64,000 nt of DNA from Vicugna vicugna (taxonomy: Eukaryota): positions 40,646 through 104,645 of the forward strand of contig MU057833.1 in NCBI GenBank assembly GCA_013265495.1, in the 5' to 3' direction. This document shows positions 42,135 through 57,873 of this stretch, piece by piece. The translations under genes were made by a program, and so were the position numbers. Position 1 is the first letter of the stretch; each line of letters begins with the position of its first letter. The notes below the pieces were generated by a model, which saw only the letters and a list, made by a program, of their open reading frames with translations, did no database searches and was not told the origin of the DNA.

Positions 42135-42470
42135 TCTTATAGGAAAATAGATCAGATCTGTGGTTACCAGAGGTGGGGATTGGAGGAAGGGAATTAGATG
42201 AAGGCAGTGGAAAGGTACTTTCAGTTTAAGAAAAATAATTACTAGGGATGTAATGTTCACATAATTAATAGAATTAGTGCTGCTGCGTGTTACAGATGAA
42301 AGTTAAGAGAGTAAATCCTAAGAGTTCTCATCACAAGGAATTTTTTTGTTTTTCTTTTGTGTCTTTATGAGATGATCAATGTTCCCTAAAATTATTATGT
42401 ATTTAAGTCAAATCTCTAGGCTGAATACCTTATATTTATACAGTGCTCTATTTCAGTTTCATCTCAGTAA
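42135..42470 (+). mobile_element. Older L1 3' UTR
   Basis: tgtggttaccagaggtgggg...gagtaaatcctaagagttctcatcacaagg. Confidence 0.75.
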
Positions 42471-42954
42471 GTGTCAAGGAGCAACTTTTTAAAAGTTGTT
42501 TTATAATTTTTAAAATAAATATGTGCAGTTTACCATGTGTTACTTAAACTTCAATATAAGGCTATCTTTAAAAGCTGATTCAATTTGATTTATAAAGTCT
42601 ATGGTCACCTTAGCTAGTATATGCCAAAATGTTTCTGTTGAATTGAAATGATGTTTCCTTTTCATGCCACCAAAACCAAAGGCATGAGATTAGATGGATA
42701 AGAAAGAAAAAGACATTTAGAAAAAAGAAAAAGTGTAATAGAGGCACTCAAATTAAAACTCTACTTATTTTAACCACTGAATTTGCCTTTAGTAATGAAA
42801 TTATAGAAGAATTTCTAAAATTCACAGCTGAAATGATTAACTCTGCTTAAATCTCAAATCAACTTCACTTAATGTATTGACTGAAAGTGGATATGATCGA
42901 CTGCTGAGAAGTAATTCATTTTCCTCCAGTTGGTCTCTCTAAGTGTCAATAAAA

Positions 42955-43118
42955 GCACAGGAGACTATATTCAATCTCCTGTAGTAACTTATGGTTAAAA
43001 AGAATATGAAAATGAATATATGCATGTTCTTATGTGACTGAAGTATTTTGCTGCACACCAGAAACCGACACAACATTGTAAACTGACTATACTTCAATGA
43101 AAATATTTTTTTTAAAAA
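42955..43118 (+). mobile_element. Short L1 3' end
   Basis: agcacaggagactatattcaat...cattgtaaactgactatacttcaat. Confidence 0.8.
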
Positions 43119-45566
43119 GCAAATTGACCACCACAGTGATGAAACTTGTTGGGTGTGTCTGTATAGCTAGATGTACAAAAACCCTGTTCTTACTCTGTTA
43201 TATGTGCTCAAACGCTTTACATTATATTTGACTTCACTTCCCTGTCTTCAAAGAGTTACGAGTAATTCACCTATAAAAAACGTTTTTCGATTCCAAAAAA
43301 AGTCTCTGATTTTTTAATCCATATCTACTTGCACCATTTCTGCTTTAGTAAGGCATTCCTTTTCTTTTCTTTTGTTTGTATCCATCTTCCTTCTGTCTTC
43401 CTCCCATTAAAAGTTTTTTCCTAATCTTTTCTTTCTTTTCTGTCCTCTAATGTCTTTTCCGGTTTTGCATATTAATGACCCAAACTTGACAGTTTTTTTT
43501 ATTATAAGTATTCTGTATCTCTCAGAGTAGCCGATTTTTTAGCTAATTAAATTGACAGAAAGGTCTGCATAATTCTTGAAACAAAGCTTTATTAATTAAG
43601 TGAGCCTGAACGAGGAGCTGCAGCATGTGTTTGCAAAGGTGTAGTCTTGTCTTTATTTTAGGAAATCTAACCCTTATGCTACCTGGTAACTATCAAGGAA
43701 AATACGGTCAGAAGTATTAAAACAGTATCTTCAACAAAGTAGGAGTGGCAGGGCCAATTTCACTGAGGGTGTTTTGGCTTATTTTATACACATGATACAT
43801 CTCTCCATGATACCATGTTGTTTGTCATTTGAACCTCTCCACTGAGAATCCCTAACATCAGTCTGGACAGGGCTTTGTCCCTCCTCATTCACACTCTAAT
43901 TCCCAATTTCCTAGAAAAAAATATTTTCCACATTTTCTCACTTCTCTGTTCACTGAGATAAGATCCTAAATTTCAAGAGCTGGTAGGGACATCAAAATAG
44001 TCTAATGCAAATTTCTGATGAGATTCAGCCAAGAAGTTAGTGGTAGATTCATCAGAAGTCACAGGCCTCCATCCTCCCAATAAAAAAGCTTCTATGTTAT
44101 GTTCACCATGCCTTGTCTCACAGAGCTGATGATCTATTAAGGAGACGAGACATAGCTAAGAGAAACAGCTTAGAAGCTTAAGTAAAATAAAGAAAATACT
44201 GTGAAATCTGTGAATGCATTTTATAGATTCAATCATTTGAAATAAAGATTATTAGATTAATTTTTTATTTTTACTTAGTTGATCAAAACAATTATAAGCA
44301 GGGTTTGCTTGCCATAACTTAGTGGAACTTGACTAAGAGCCATAGCATCAATTGGGGGAAAAAAAAAAACAAGGAAGAGGAAGAAAGGGGCTGAAGAGAG
44401 AGAATGAGCTGTGGAGAGCAGTCGGAGCCCACTAATCAGAGCCCAGAGATGCCATAAACTAGTGGGAATGGCGAGCTGTACTCATAACCAGGTGAGGCGC
44501 CTGTATCCGGTTCTCGGTTCAGGCTTGACTGGCAGAGATGCTTCTAATTCTGGGAAGGAAACTACTGGCTCTTGACTTTATTGGTGAATTAGAGGAATTG
44601 CATCCTAGATGTTAACTGCACTTTAGACAAAACAGATAAACGCAGCAGGTCAGTATTTCAGGGCAGGACATGACAGTGCTTAGAACCAGGCTGAGTCACT
44701 CTGCGCATATAGGAGCCGGGGAACTCACCCTAAAATTCCAAACACTCGGCCTATTTGTGCTGGCAAAGTTGCCTGTAGCTGTCTGACATTAGAAAGGAGG
44801 CTCCAGGTTAATCTCTTAACCGTCTGCTAGTAAGCAGGTCTGGAAAGTCAATATATTACCTCTTCACCTTAGGTTATTTTTGTAATGGACACTTTGTAGA
44901 AGCAGATTCCAGTAACACCCCCAAATTTAATACTTTTATAACAATATTTTAAAATTAAAGTAGCCTTGGTCAATTGTAGACACTAAGTTAATGATTAAGG
45001 GGGAAACAGCTCTTATAGCAACCCAGCCAGCAAACAGCAGAGATGCCAGCAGACCTGCCAGCCTGCGCCGGGGATTCTAAAGTCGCAGGCAAGCCAGAAC
45101 GCGACAGGACAGTGCGTTTTACTCAGAGCCTGGAGAGAAGGTGAGGCTTCTGAAGTTCCGCTTTTCTCTGAACATATTAATGTTTTACTTAAAAGATATT
45201 GACTGGTTCCCAGTGGACAAACCATTAAGATTCACAGAGTGGATGAATGAATAAATGAGCGCCAGTGTTCATCATGGGCTATGCGCCATTCCACTTGACG
45301 TGTGGTGACAAGTCGAGTAGACAGCTAGCCTAATTATTTATCCTCTTTCATTAGCAGTTTATATCCCACATACCCCGTCTGGTTTTGCTTGTTGGTCGCT
45401 ACAAGCTTTGGAAAATTAAAAGTATATTTTCATTGAAAAGGAAACATTTTGGGGAACTGCAGACTAGAAAGTTAATCAAGACTTTAAGTTCTATTAAATC
45501 TGATAAGGTAGCTCTCAGTACACACCAGTCCATCTCGTTGAAAATGCAACAGACTGGAGTGTTCCA

Positions 45567-45715
45567 AGTGACTGACAGCTCCATTTGCCAGGCGGACATT
45601 TTGAGTGGCAGTTTCTCTTGCACGATGTCAATTTTGAGTGGCATCTCAACATCAAGAACACCTAATTCAGTGACTGACAGCTCCACATACAAAGAAGGGA
45701 AGTCCGGATGTCTCT
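45567..45715 (+). promoter_or_regulatory. Cluster of repeated TALE (PBX/PKNOX/MEIS)-like and ETS-like motifs
   Basis: agtgactgacagctcca occurs twice (~45567, ~45669), attttgagtggca occurs twice (45598, 45631), and ggaagtccggatgt lies at ~45698. Confidence 0.45.
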
Positions 45716-46159
45716 TCGGAGTTGAGGAGAGGCTGCGGAAGAGACAGCTTCTTTGGGCTTTGGGTCCTCCCCCACCCTTTTTTTCTGTGAACATTTCGCC
45801 ATCACTACTAAAAGAATATAAAATACACACATGTAAACAAGACAGCCCTTGGTTTGTCATAGCCGTGCTTCAGGTCAACGTAAATTTGTGCCGTGCCATA
45901 AAAAAAAAAGTTTGTATCCTCTAAATGATATGAAACACAGTCATTGTAAATCATTGTTGAGATTTTAGCCATGTCTCCTCATTGGCCTTATTGTTGCTTT
46001 AACCCACCAGAGGTAACTGATAAGACTCAATACTTTCTATTGTTCATGTGTGGGGCATACTTTTCACACTATTTAAAAAGAAACATCTTTGACATGAGAT
46101 TTTCGTTTACTGCAAAGCACATGGGGAGGCAATAATGGGGTTACTTAAAATAAGGAGAT

Positions 46160-46720
46160 TAGAGATTCCTCAAAAAACTAAAAACAGACTTACCATATGA
46201 TTCAGCAATCCTACTCCTGGGCATGTATCCAAAGGGAACTCTAATTTGAAAAGATACATGCACCCCAATGTTCACTTTATACAATAGCCAAGACATGGAA
46301 ACAACCTAAATGTCCATCAACAGATGACTGGATAGAGAGACTGTGGTGTATTTATACTGGAATACTACTCAACCATAAAAAGAATAAAATAATGCTACCT
46401 GCAGAAACATGGATGGGCCTACAGATCATCATTCTAAGTGAAGTGAGATAGAAAGAGAAAAAAAATACCATATGATATCACTCATATGTGGAATCTTAAA
46501 GCAAGAAAAAAAGAGGACACTAATGAACTCATCTACAAAACAGAAACAAACTCACAGACACAGTAAACAATCTTATGATTACTAGGGGAAAGAGGGTGGG
46601 AAGGGATACATTTGGGAGTTTGAAATTTGAAAGTATTAACCACCATATATATAAATAGATTTTAATAAATTCTTCTGTATAGCACAGGGAACTATATTCA
46701 ATATATTGTATTAATCGTAA
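46160..46720 (+). mobile_element. L1 3' fragment
   Basis: gacttaccatatgattcagcaatcc...aaagatacatgcaccccaatgttc...ctgtatagcacagggaactatattc. Confidence 0.9.
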
Positions 46721-47328
46721 TTAATTGTATTTATGTATTTCCCACAAAAATGAATGGGAAAGTGGGAAAAGAAAAAAAGATTAGACCCCATGACCTTATT
46801 GTCTCTTTTAACACTAAGAACATGCAGGTTCTCTATCAATCTAGTCCTCTAATAATTTTTAAAACTCTTCGTCAGCAGTTTTCTTGACCCCAACCGCCAT
46901 CCCGTGAAAGGCAAATGACCAGTACTAACATTTCTGCATCACAGACCTTGAAATCACAGCTCTGCGAGGTACGAGCCTTCTGAACAGCCACCAAGCGCTC
47001 GAGCGGGAGAGCGGCGCCCCTGCTGGACGCGACCTTCTGGTTGCTGGCCCAGAGCTCCTTCTAGTATCACTTGTCATTTCAATTCAATTTCCTTCATTGT
47101 AACTGGTGTTACAAATACTTCCCAACTTCGCTCCTTTTCCTGCCGTGGCTTTACTTTCAATGATTCAATCTGCTGGTTGGGTGTTAGCGAGAGCGTCCCT
47201 TTCTCAGGCTCGTAACCTGTGATGGCTTCTCACTGAATAACGAATTGAATGCGTAATTTCTCAGCTTTGTGGAATTCTATAGAATGGTCCCAGATTACCT
47301 TTCCAGGCTTATGTCTATAATAGCCTCC

Positions 47329-47725
47329 CTGTTAGCTTGCCAGGGCTGGGCTGCTGGAACGGAAGACTGCAACCTGGTTGGCTTAAAAAAGAGAAGTTTT
47401 TTTCTTACAGCTCTGGGAGCTAGATGTCAAACTGCCAGCAGGTTTGGTTTCTTCTGGGGCCTGTCTCCTCGATTTGCAGATGGCTGCCTTCCCGCTGTAT
47501 CTGACATGGTCTTTCTTCTGTGCTCATGCATCCCCTGGCGTCTCTTTGTGTGGCTACATAACTCTGGGTCTTCTTCTAAGGACACCAATCAGATTGAATT
47601 GGAGCCCACTCTAAGGCTTCATCTAGCTTTAATCATCTCTATCTCTAAATACAGTTAGACTGTGATCACTCTGGGTTAGGGCTTCAGCATATGAACGAGA
47701 GGGGGCGAACAGTTCAACCTGTGAC
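47329..47725 (-). mobile_element. MLT1-like MaLR LTR
   Basis: ggttggcttaaaaaagagaag...cttacagctctgggagctagatgtc...ggacaccaatcagattgaatt...ttcaacctgtgaca. Confidence 0.8.
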
Positions 47726-49498
47726 ATCCGCTAACCAGATACTATGCTTTAGCTGGAAATGCAGAGTTCCCATTGCCTAAATAAAACCTGTATCTATTTC
47801 CCCACCGTCTCATTTTTGACTTATGTTTGAGATGAGAAACAAGGGCTTACATATGTCTAGTCAACTCATTAATAAAAGAGAAAGCTGGGGTTTTCTGAAA
47901 AGAAAAATCAACTGACCTACCCAACAACTGAGAGCTGGTCAGTAAGTAGCTCTGTTAGGATTGGCTAGAGCCTCACAGACAGGCCGGGGTCTTTGTGCCA
48001 ACAGTAGTTTCCCTCACTTATTCTTCTGGCTCAAATGAGATTCCCAGTCATTTCTTATGGATTGGAACTTTATTTATTCTAAAAACACTCCTTACAAGGA
48101 ATTTCTCAGATAAAGACCTTATAGATTCCCCAGGCTAGAAGTTAACTTTCTCTCTTTAGAATCCTTAAGTCTTCATTTTACAGTATTTCCCGTGTCACAA
48201 TGATCTGTGTGGCGGGTTCACCCTCCCTGCCGGATGTAAACTTCTTAAGCCGTGAACAAACGGGGAAAAGGAGCCGTGTTGATACATGGTAGCGCCTGGC
48301 ATCTTGCTTTGAACATTTGCATAACCACATGCTTGATAAATGTCTATTACATTAGATAATTTTTAAACATCAACACCCCTATTATAAAACTGACTCAAGT
48401 TTTACAAAATACAAAATTAGAGAGAGACAGGAGCAGTTGACAGATATTTCAGATACTCCTTAAGTCAGGAGCATTCAGAGATTTTCTCCATCTCAATACT
48501 TATTATTTTGAATTTTAGTTAGCAACGTGTGTTTGTCCCTCCTCACCAGAAGGCTGTGACAACCTTCAGGACAACTGGGTCTTATTAATGTTTGTATTCC
48601 TAATATTCAGGCTGGCATGTAGCAGAGGCTCTGAAAGTGCAGATGAGTAAATGCAGGAGTGAAAAGGCCCTCCCTCGCACAGGAGTCCAGGATTCAGATG
48701 CGCAGCTTCAAGTTGTAAATGCTTTGTGTTTAAAGACATTGAATAGGTGTATATCCCCATCTAGCGGGAAGAGTACAGCAATGCTATCACCTAGGCCATT
48801 ACACTGCATTTTTCCTGGGCTGCAACTGAAAAGAGAATGTAATTGTCATTGCCTGACAATTACAACAACAATACGCAAAGTTATAGATTCCTAATTCTAT
48901 GATATTTTTAAAACATTTCTTTGATGAAAAACAGTGAAAACTTCTTGGGACTTGGTGAAACCAGGATGCACCAGCCCTCAGGGGGCTCGAATGAATAAAT
49001 GTACAGACATCCTTTCAAATACCGTCCTTCTTGCTAATCTCATTCCTCTGCCCCACCTTTCATGTTAGTAACTCTAGGCAGTGCTCTACCAGCCGACACA
49101 GGCACCCTCAGCTACAGGCAACTTGTATCTAGGCAACCACAGAATTTCTCACTATCTAAACATTGTCTACATTTTTACATATGTGTGTTGAAAAGACTTG
49201 AAACTAGAGTCAATGTTTATCTCTTTATATACTCTCTGGACTGTTTGTGTCTCTGGAATTGAAAACAGGACAGTAGACTCTTAGAAGCACATCTTCCCAT
49301 CAGTGTATTCTCAAAATGGCCTTGAAAGTCGCAGCCCAGCGCTGGTGACCTAGTTCATAGTTACACAAATAATTAAAACATCACATTATTAAGACATATT
49401 TAACTAATGCAATTGTACTGAGTATTATATTTAACTTATAGAGAATTTGATATATAGTCCTGGATTCTGGAAAGCTTTTAATCTATTAAGGGAGCTCG

Positions 49499-51730
49499 TG
49501 TTTTGGGGTTTGGTTTTGTTTTGTTTTGTTTTTCACGTTAGAGGAACTGACTTTATTTGGTTAAAAGCGTCTCCTGTGTAAAGTGAAGAATGCCCCTGCA
49601 GACTGGTTCGGGGAAGGGAGAAGTGCCGAGGGGTGGAGGGGGAAGGTCCGCGCCCCCACAGGTCAGAGCACGGGGTGGGATTGCGTTCTTTGAGCCCAGC
49701 CTCCTGCTCCTCCGTCGGCACAGAGCCCACTTCCTTTCAGCCTGCTCCGGGTGGTCCTCAAGGCCAGAGATCAGGAACTAGGGTACCGGCTAGGGTTAGA
49801 GGTCAGGAGGTCGTAGGTCGCTCTCTGGAGACTGGGGGCAGAGATGGGAGCGCTCCTCAAGGTCAGGGGGCACGGGGCGAGAAGACTCTTCTCCGGACTC
49901 AGCGTTCAGGACTTGGGAGCTGCCCTCAGCCTGCCCCCCTCCCCAGGCCCCCAGGCCCTCTGAACAGAGCTCCTGGTTCCGCTCCTTCCAGCAGCGGAGT
50001 TTCTCCCCAGGCAGCTGGGGGTCCCCGAGTGCCTCCTCCAGGGCCTGCCGCTCCCGCGGCTCCGCCTCGGGCGTGCTCTGCCGCGGTGCGCGCGCTCACT
50101 GGGCTGCGGGTCCCGCTTGCGCTCTGCCGGTGCTCCCGAGTGGAGGGCTGCGGCTGGCCCGGGAGGGCCACGCCACCCTGCCCCAAGCCCCGTACCCTCC
50201 CCTCCAGTGCCCCCTCGCTGCTGCCCTGCGCGGGGGTGGAGGCGGGTGATGCGTCTCTGTGGGGTGGGGGAGGCAGAGCGGGATCCAGCCTCATCGTCAG
50301 CGCCTTCTGCTTCCGCCTGGCTGTATGTAGCAGCCTTCCTCTCGGGGCAGGGGGCCGGCCTGGAGGCTGGTGCTTGGAAGTGCAGGTAATAAGATGGCGC
50401 AGCCACCTGCTCAGATCCGTCAGGGTATGGGCATTGAAGATGAAGGGCTTATACCCTCCATGGGTGAGCTGGAACACGCATTTTTTCTTCTGATCTTGTC
50501 CACTTCCCAGACTGTAGCTGGGACGTTGATGAGGCCCTCTGCCTTCTCATCCTGGGGCTGGCGGTACCGGTCGAGCGTGTGTCCCTTGAGCCCTCATCCG
50601 CGGCGGCGCCAGCGCGGGCCGTGCAGCCCCCCGGCCCCCTGCGGGAGGAGCCAGCCGCCAGGTCAGGCCGGCCCAGCTCCCGGCCGGACCCCCCACCCCC
50701 ACCCCGCGGCTCAGCTGCGTCGCCACGCCTTTTGATTTTTTGTGACTTCTGTCAGGGTGCTCTGGGGCTCGGGAGTGTCTGCTACCCCTGCTGGGAGTGT
50801 GGCTGGGGGTGCAGGCGGGCTGGGCAGGGGCTCCGGGTCAAGGGAAGTCGAGTCTGTCCAGGAAGCGGGGCTGGGCCCAGGACTTGGGTTCGAAGTCAGG
50901 TCGAAGGCAAAGACGTCTTCGGACAGGGCCCTGGGAGCCAGCGGGCCGGAGCCGGCGACGGGCTCACTGGGTGGGAGGAGCTCAGGGCCTGAGGAGGGCT
51001 GGGGCCGGGGGGGGGGTCCTCCGGGAGCGGGACCTCCTTCAGCACAAAGCTGACCCTCCCCGGCTCCCGCAGCAGCTCCCTCACCGCGTGCTTATGGGGC
51101 CAGCCCAGCACCGCCTGCTCGTTGACCTGGGCAGTATCGTCTCCAGGCAGAATCTGTAGTCCGGAGTCGTTGGGGACCTGGGACCCCCTCGAGACACGAA
51201 GTGCAGGCAGTTGCTGGCGGTGTGGATCTCCAGACCCAGAGGATCGTCCAGCGGCAGGCGCTCCAGCCGGCCCTCTGCTCCCGCAGCTCCTCCCGGCTGC
51301 AGCTCGGGACGCTGTGGCACATCCCAGCCACGTGGCTGCAGATCCTCAGGACCTTGCTTTCCTTCTCAGCCGTCGGACAGTCCTGTTGAGCCAGGAGAGG
51401 AGGAAACAGGCCTCTTGCACTAGCTCCACGACCGTACTGAGGACATCTGCAGGGGGCTCGGCGCAGCCCCCCAGGCGACCTTGGGCTAAGCTCTGAAACG
51501 CCTGAATCCTCTCCAGCACCCACTCTGTTAGGCTCTGCAGGTTCTCTGACTGGATCCCGGAGCTCAGGGCCCGGAGCTGCCCCATGCCTGTCGGGATGAG
51601 CTCCTGGTGGCCCAGAGGCCACACAGTTAGAGCCTCCAGGCTTCAGGGGCAGGGCTGGAAAAGGTGCTTGCCAGGCAGCTCCCAGTCCTCAGAGCAACAG
51701 TCCAGCAGGGAATCATCCAGGCCCGGAGCG
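49499..51730 (-). pseudogene. CNKSR1: CNKSR1 processed pseudogene
   Basis: Minus-strand frames give GLDDSL, LGHQEL, ENLQSLTE, VLRICSHVAGMCH, PLGLEIHTASNCLHFVS, GWPHKHAVRELLREP, FQLTHGGYKPFIF and ...LRPPDL* (stop at 49796). These cover the SAM/CRIC/PDZ/PH regions, intronless, with many frameshifts. AATAAA at 49552-49557 and a decayed tail at 49499-49533. Confidence 0.95.
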
Positions 51731-51894
51731 GTGGGGGGTGGTCAGTGTCGGGGGAGTCTGGGGGTGTCAAGGCCTTTACAGTCAGGTCTTCAATCCTGCA
51801 AAGCTCTTGTCCTAATGACAATTCTGAGACCCAGGCTGTATTCTGCCCAGTTTACAGATAACGGCTACTGAGTTGAGAAGTAGGACCGTGTAGG

Positions 51895-52020
51895 GCAGCA
51901 GCTTGCAAAGGACGATCCCCAGACAGCAGCAGCGGCCTCACTGAGAACCTTTTAGAAATACAAATTCTCCACCCACCCTCCGCACCTGCTGAGTCAGACC
52001 TCCAGGAGCTCATGTTTTAA
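51895..52020 (+). mobile_element. MER5A-like fragment
   Basis: cagcagcagcggcctcactgagaaccttttagaaatacaaattctcc...cctgctgagtcaga. Confidence 0.65.
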
Positions 52021-52039
52021 TTCAACAATCTATGTTAGG

Positions 52040-52826
52040 ACAAAAAAAAAAAAAACCCAATCAAAAAATTGCAGAAGACCTAAATAGACATTTCTCCAAA
52101 GAACATATACAGATGGACAATAGGCACCTGAGAAAATGCTCAATGTCACTAATTATCAGAGAAATGCAAATCAAAACTACCGTGAGGTATCACCTCACAC
52201 CAGTCAGAATGGCCATATTTAAGAAGTCTAGAAATAACAAATGTTGGAGAGGATGTGGAGAAAAGGGACTCTTCCTATACTGTGGTGAGAATGTAGTTTG
52301 GTGCAGCCATTATAGGAAACAGTATGAAAGTTCCTTAGAAAACTAGAAATAAACTTACCATATTATCCAGCAGTTCCACTCCTGGGCATAAACCTGGAGA
52401 AAACTCTCATTTGAAAAGATACATGCACCCCAATGTTCATAGCAGAACTATTTGCAGTAGCCAAGACATGGAAGCAACCTAAATGTCTATCAACAGATGA
52501 ATGGAAAAAGAAGATGTGGTAAATATAAATACAAATATATATATATATAAGTATTATATATATGAGGTAAAAAATATATATATATAATGGAATACTACTC
52601 AGCCATAAAATAATGAAGTAATGACCATTGCAGCAACATGGATGGACCAAGAGAGAATCATACTAAGTGAAGTAAGTCAGGAAGAGAAAGAAAGATATTG
52701 TATAATATCATTTATATGTGGAATCTAAAATATGATACAAATAAACTAATTTACAAAACAGAAAAAGACTCACAGACATAGAAAACAAACTTATGTTTAC
52801 CAGGGGGAAAAGGGTGTGGGGAGGGA
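52040..52826 (+). mobile_element. L1 3' ORF2/UTR fragment
   Basis: [47 protein letters not shown]. Confidence 0.92.
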
Positions 52827-52829
52827 CAT

Positions 52830-53300
52830 TCTTCAAGCTGGCATAGCAATAGAAACAATTTAAAACAAGACACAGAAAGTAAAAAGACTGAAAAAAGTAA
52901 GCAGAGCATCACTGAGTTTGGAAAAACTCCAAGCACTTTAATACATGTGTAACTGGAGTTCCCAAAAGAGAGGGAAGAAAAAACATTTGAAGAAATAATG
53001 GCCAAATAATTCTTAAATTTGATGAAAATTCTAAATCCACAGATCCAGAAAGTGCACTGATGCCCTAATGGAGAATGAACAATCCTACAGAAATGCACGG
53101 CATAATAAAGTTGCTCAAAGCTAGTAATAAAGAGAAAAATCTTAGCTGTGTGAGAAAAATTACCTACAGAAGAATAAAAATAAAGCAGTTTTTCATTGAA
53201 AATAATGCAAACAAGAAGTCCATGAAATAATAACTATAAAATACTGGGGGGAAAGCTGAAATTTTAGAATTTTATATTCAGCAAAAATAGCTTTCATAAA
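52830..53300 (+). mobile_element. Old L1 ORF1 fragment
   Basis: aaacatttgaagaaataatggccaaataattcttaaatttgatgaaa...cacagatccagaaag. Confidence 0.75.
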
Positions 53301-54137
53301 TGATACTATAGACTGAATGTTTGCATGTATCTTTCTCAAATTCATATTTTGAAATCCTAGTCCCTCCAATGTGATGGAGTTAGGATGTGGGGCCTTTGGG
53401 AGGTGATGAGGTCATAACAGTGGACTCCTCATGAACAGGATTAGTTCTCCTATTAAAAAAAGAGCTCTAGCTGTCTTTCCACTGTGAAGACACAGCAAAA
53501 GGATGGCTGTTTATGAACCAGGAAGTCGGCTTTTACCAGACACTGAATCCGCTGGAGCCTTGATCTTAGGCTTCCTAAGTCTCTGGAACTGTGAGGAAGA
53601 AAGTTATGTTTATAAGCTGCCTTCATCTATGGTTTTCTGTTACAACGGCCTGAATGGACCAGGAAGTTGGGTACTAATGTAACAAGTACCTAAAAACACG
53701 GACGTGGCTTTAGAATTGAGTAATGGGTATAGGCTGGGAGAGCTTGGAGGTGCATGAGAGAAAAAGTGTACATTGCCATGAAGGAACTAGTTCAGGTGAG
53801 ATTTCAGAGAGAAAAGTGGAGAGCTTTAGAGAAAGCCTCTGTCTTTTCAGAAATATCTAAATAAGCATGAACAGAATGTTGGCAGAAGTAAGACCAGTAG
53901 AGACCATATGATAAGGTCTCAGAGGTGAGAAATACGTTACTGGAAACTGAAGGAAAGGTGATCTTTATTGTAAAGTGACAAGGAATTTGGCTGAATTGTG
54001 CAGATGTTCTAGTGTTTGGTGGAGAGTAGGATTTGTGAGGGATGAAATTGGCTATTTAGTTCCAATTATTTCTAAGCAAAGGGTTAGAGGTGTGGTTTGG
54101 CTCTTGCTAACTGTTTACAGTAAAAAGACAGAATTGA
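53301..54137 (+). mobile_element. MaLR LTR (MLT1A/MST-like, ~53301-53662) plus internal sequence; internal part resumes ~62085-62620
   Basis: tatagactgaatgtttg...ggggcctttgggaggtgatgaggtcat...ccttgatcttaggcttcc, then internal gtacctaaaaacacggacgtggctttagaattg. Confidence 0.82.
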
Positions 54138-55121
54138 GTCAGATCAGGATGACAAAGTAGCAGGACGTGGAACTTACCTCCCCGCACAAACACATCAAAA
54201 CACATCTACATGCGGGATAATTCTCACGGGAAAATAAAAACTGTCAGAAGAAGTCCTATATATAAACAAAGCTGCAAGAAAGTTGTCCTGTGACAGGGTT
54301 GGATGGAAAAATGGCATAAGGTCAGGACCTCCACGACCTGGAGGAATACAGAAAGAAGGGAATGTTTGCATGGGCAGACCCTCAGCCGGAGAAGTGAATG
54401 GGGTGGCCACTGACTGCACATACCAGTCCTGGGGTCCTATGTGGAGGACACAGCCCCCTTGGCTGCTGGGAGTGTCCCTGGGACAGACAGAAGAGCTGGA
54501 GAACTCTAAACTCTACCTGCAAAGAGTGTGCTAGTGCTGGCTTGCCCACAGTCAGGGTCTGCAGGCCAGAAGAGAGTGGCAGGAAATATTCTAAGTCCAG
54601 AAGGAGAAAAGAACTATGACCTAGGACACCCTACACATAAATATTACTATTTAGAATAGAAAGGGAGAGAATTTCTGCCAAGCAAAAGCTGAAGGTACAC
54701 AGCAATATTTCTAAACCTATCCTAAAGTAAATATTGAAGAGGCTTTTCTGAACAGAAAAGAAGAAAATCTGTAGGAAAGGGGAAATCACAAAAGGAAAGG
54801 AAAACGTGTAAGAGGATTAAAGGTGACTTAAATAAGCCAGTACATGGATTAAAAATAATAATTTAAAAACTTATAAAAGAGTTTACAACTACAATTAACA
54901 GTGAATTTATAAGCATGAAATGTACAATAGGACAGCAAAACCACAGAAGGCAGAGGAGGGGGTGTACAAATGCAGACCTTTTAGAAAGGGCTTGAGCTTG
55001 AATGATAATCGGTTTGAAGCAAGTAAACATACCTACGGGTAAACATACTGGAACTCCAATGTTAACCACAAGTCAAAACGCGCAACAGATTCACAAAAAA
55101 CAAGAAGGTAAGCGCTCAAGC

Positions 55122-57873
<2,752 letters not shown>

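Noticed and set aside
45385..45924. Overlapping 179-aa (+) and 153-aa (-) ORFs as a coding exon
   Set aside because: I recognise no protein. A possible minus-strand acceptor exists at ~45808, but there is no convincing donor. The repeated motifs fit a regulatory reading better, though an exon is not fully excluded.
47011..47027. CTCF-like site (reverse complement CCAGCAGGGGCGCCGC)
   Set aside because: It is one G short of the canonical CCAGCAGGGGGCGC spacing and cannot be supported without a PWM scan or ChIP data.
49633..50493. 286-aa Pro/Gly/Arg-rich ORF and overlapping ORFs at 49.6-51.9 kb
   Set aside because: These are antisense or off-frame products of the GC-rich CNKSR1 pseudogene; stop codons are scarce because of composition.
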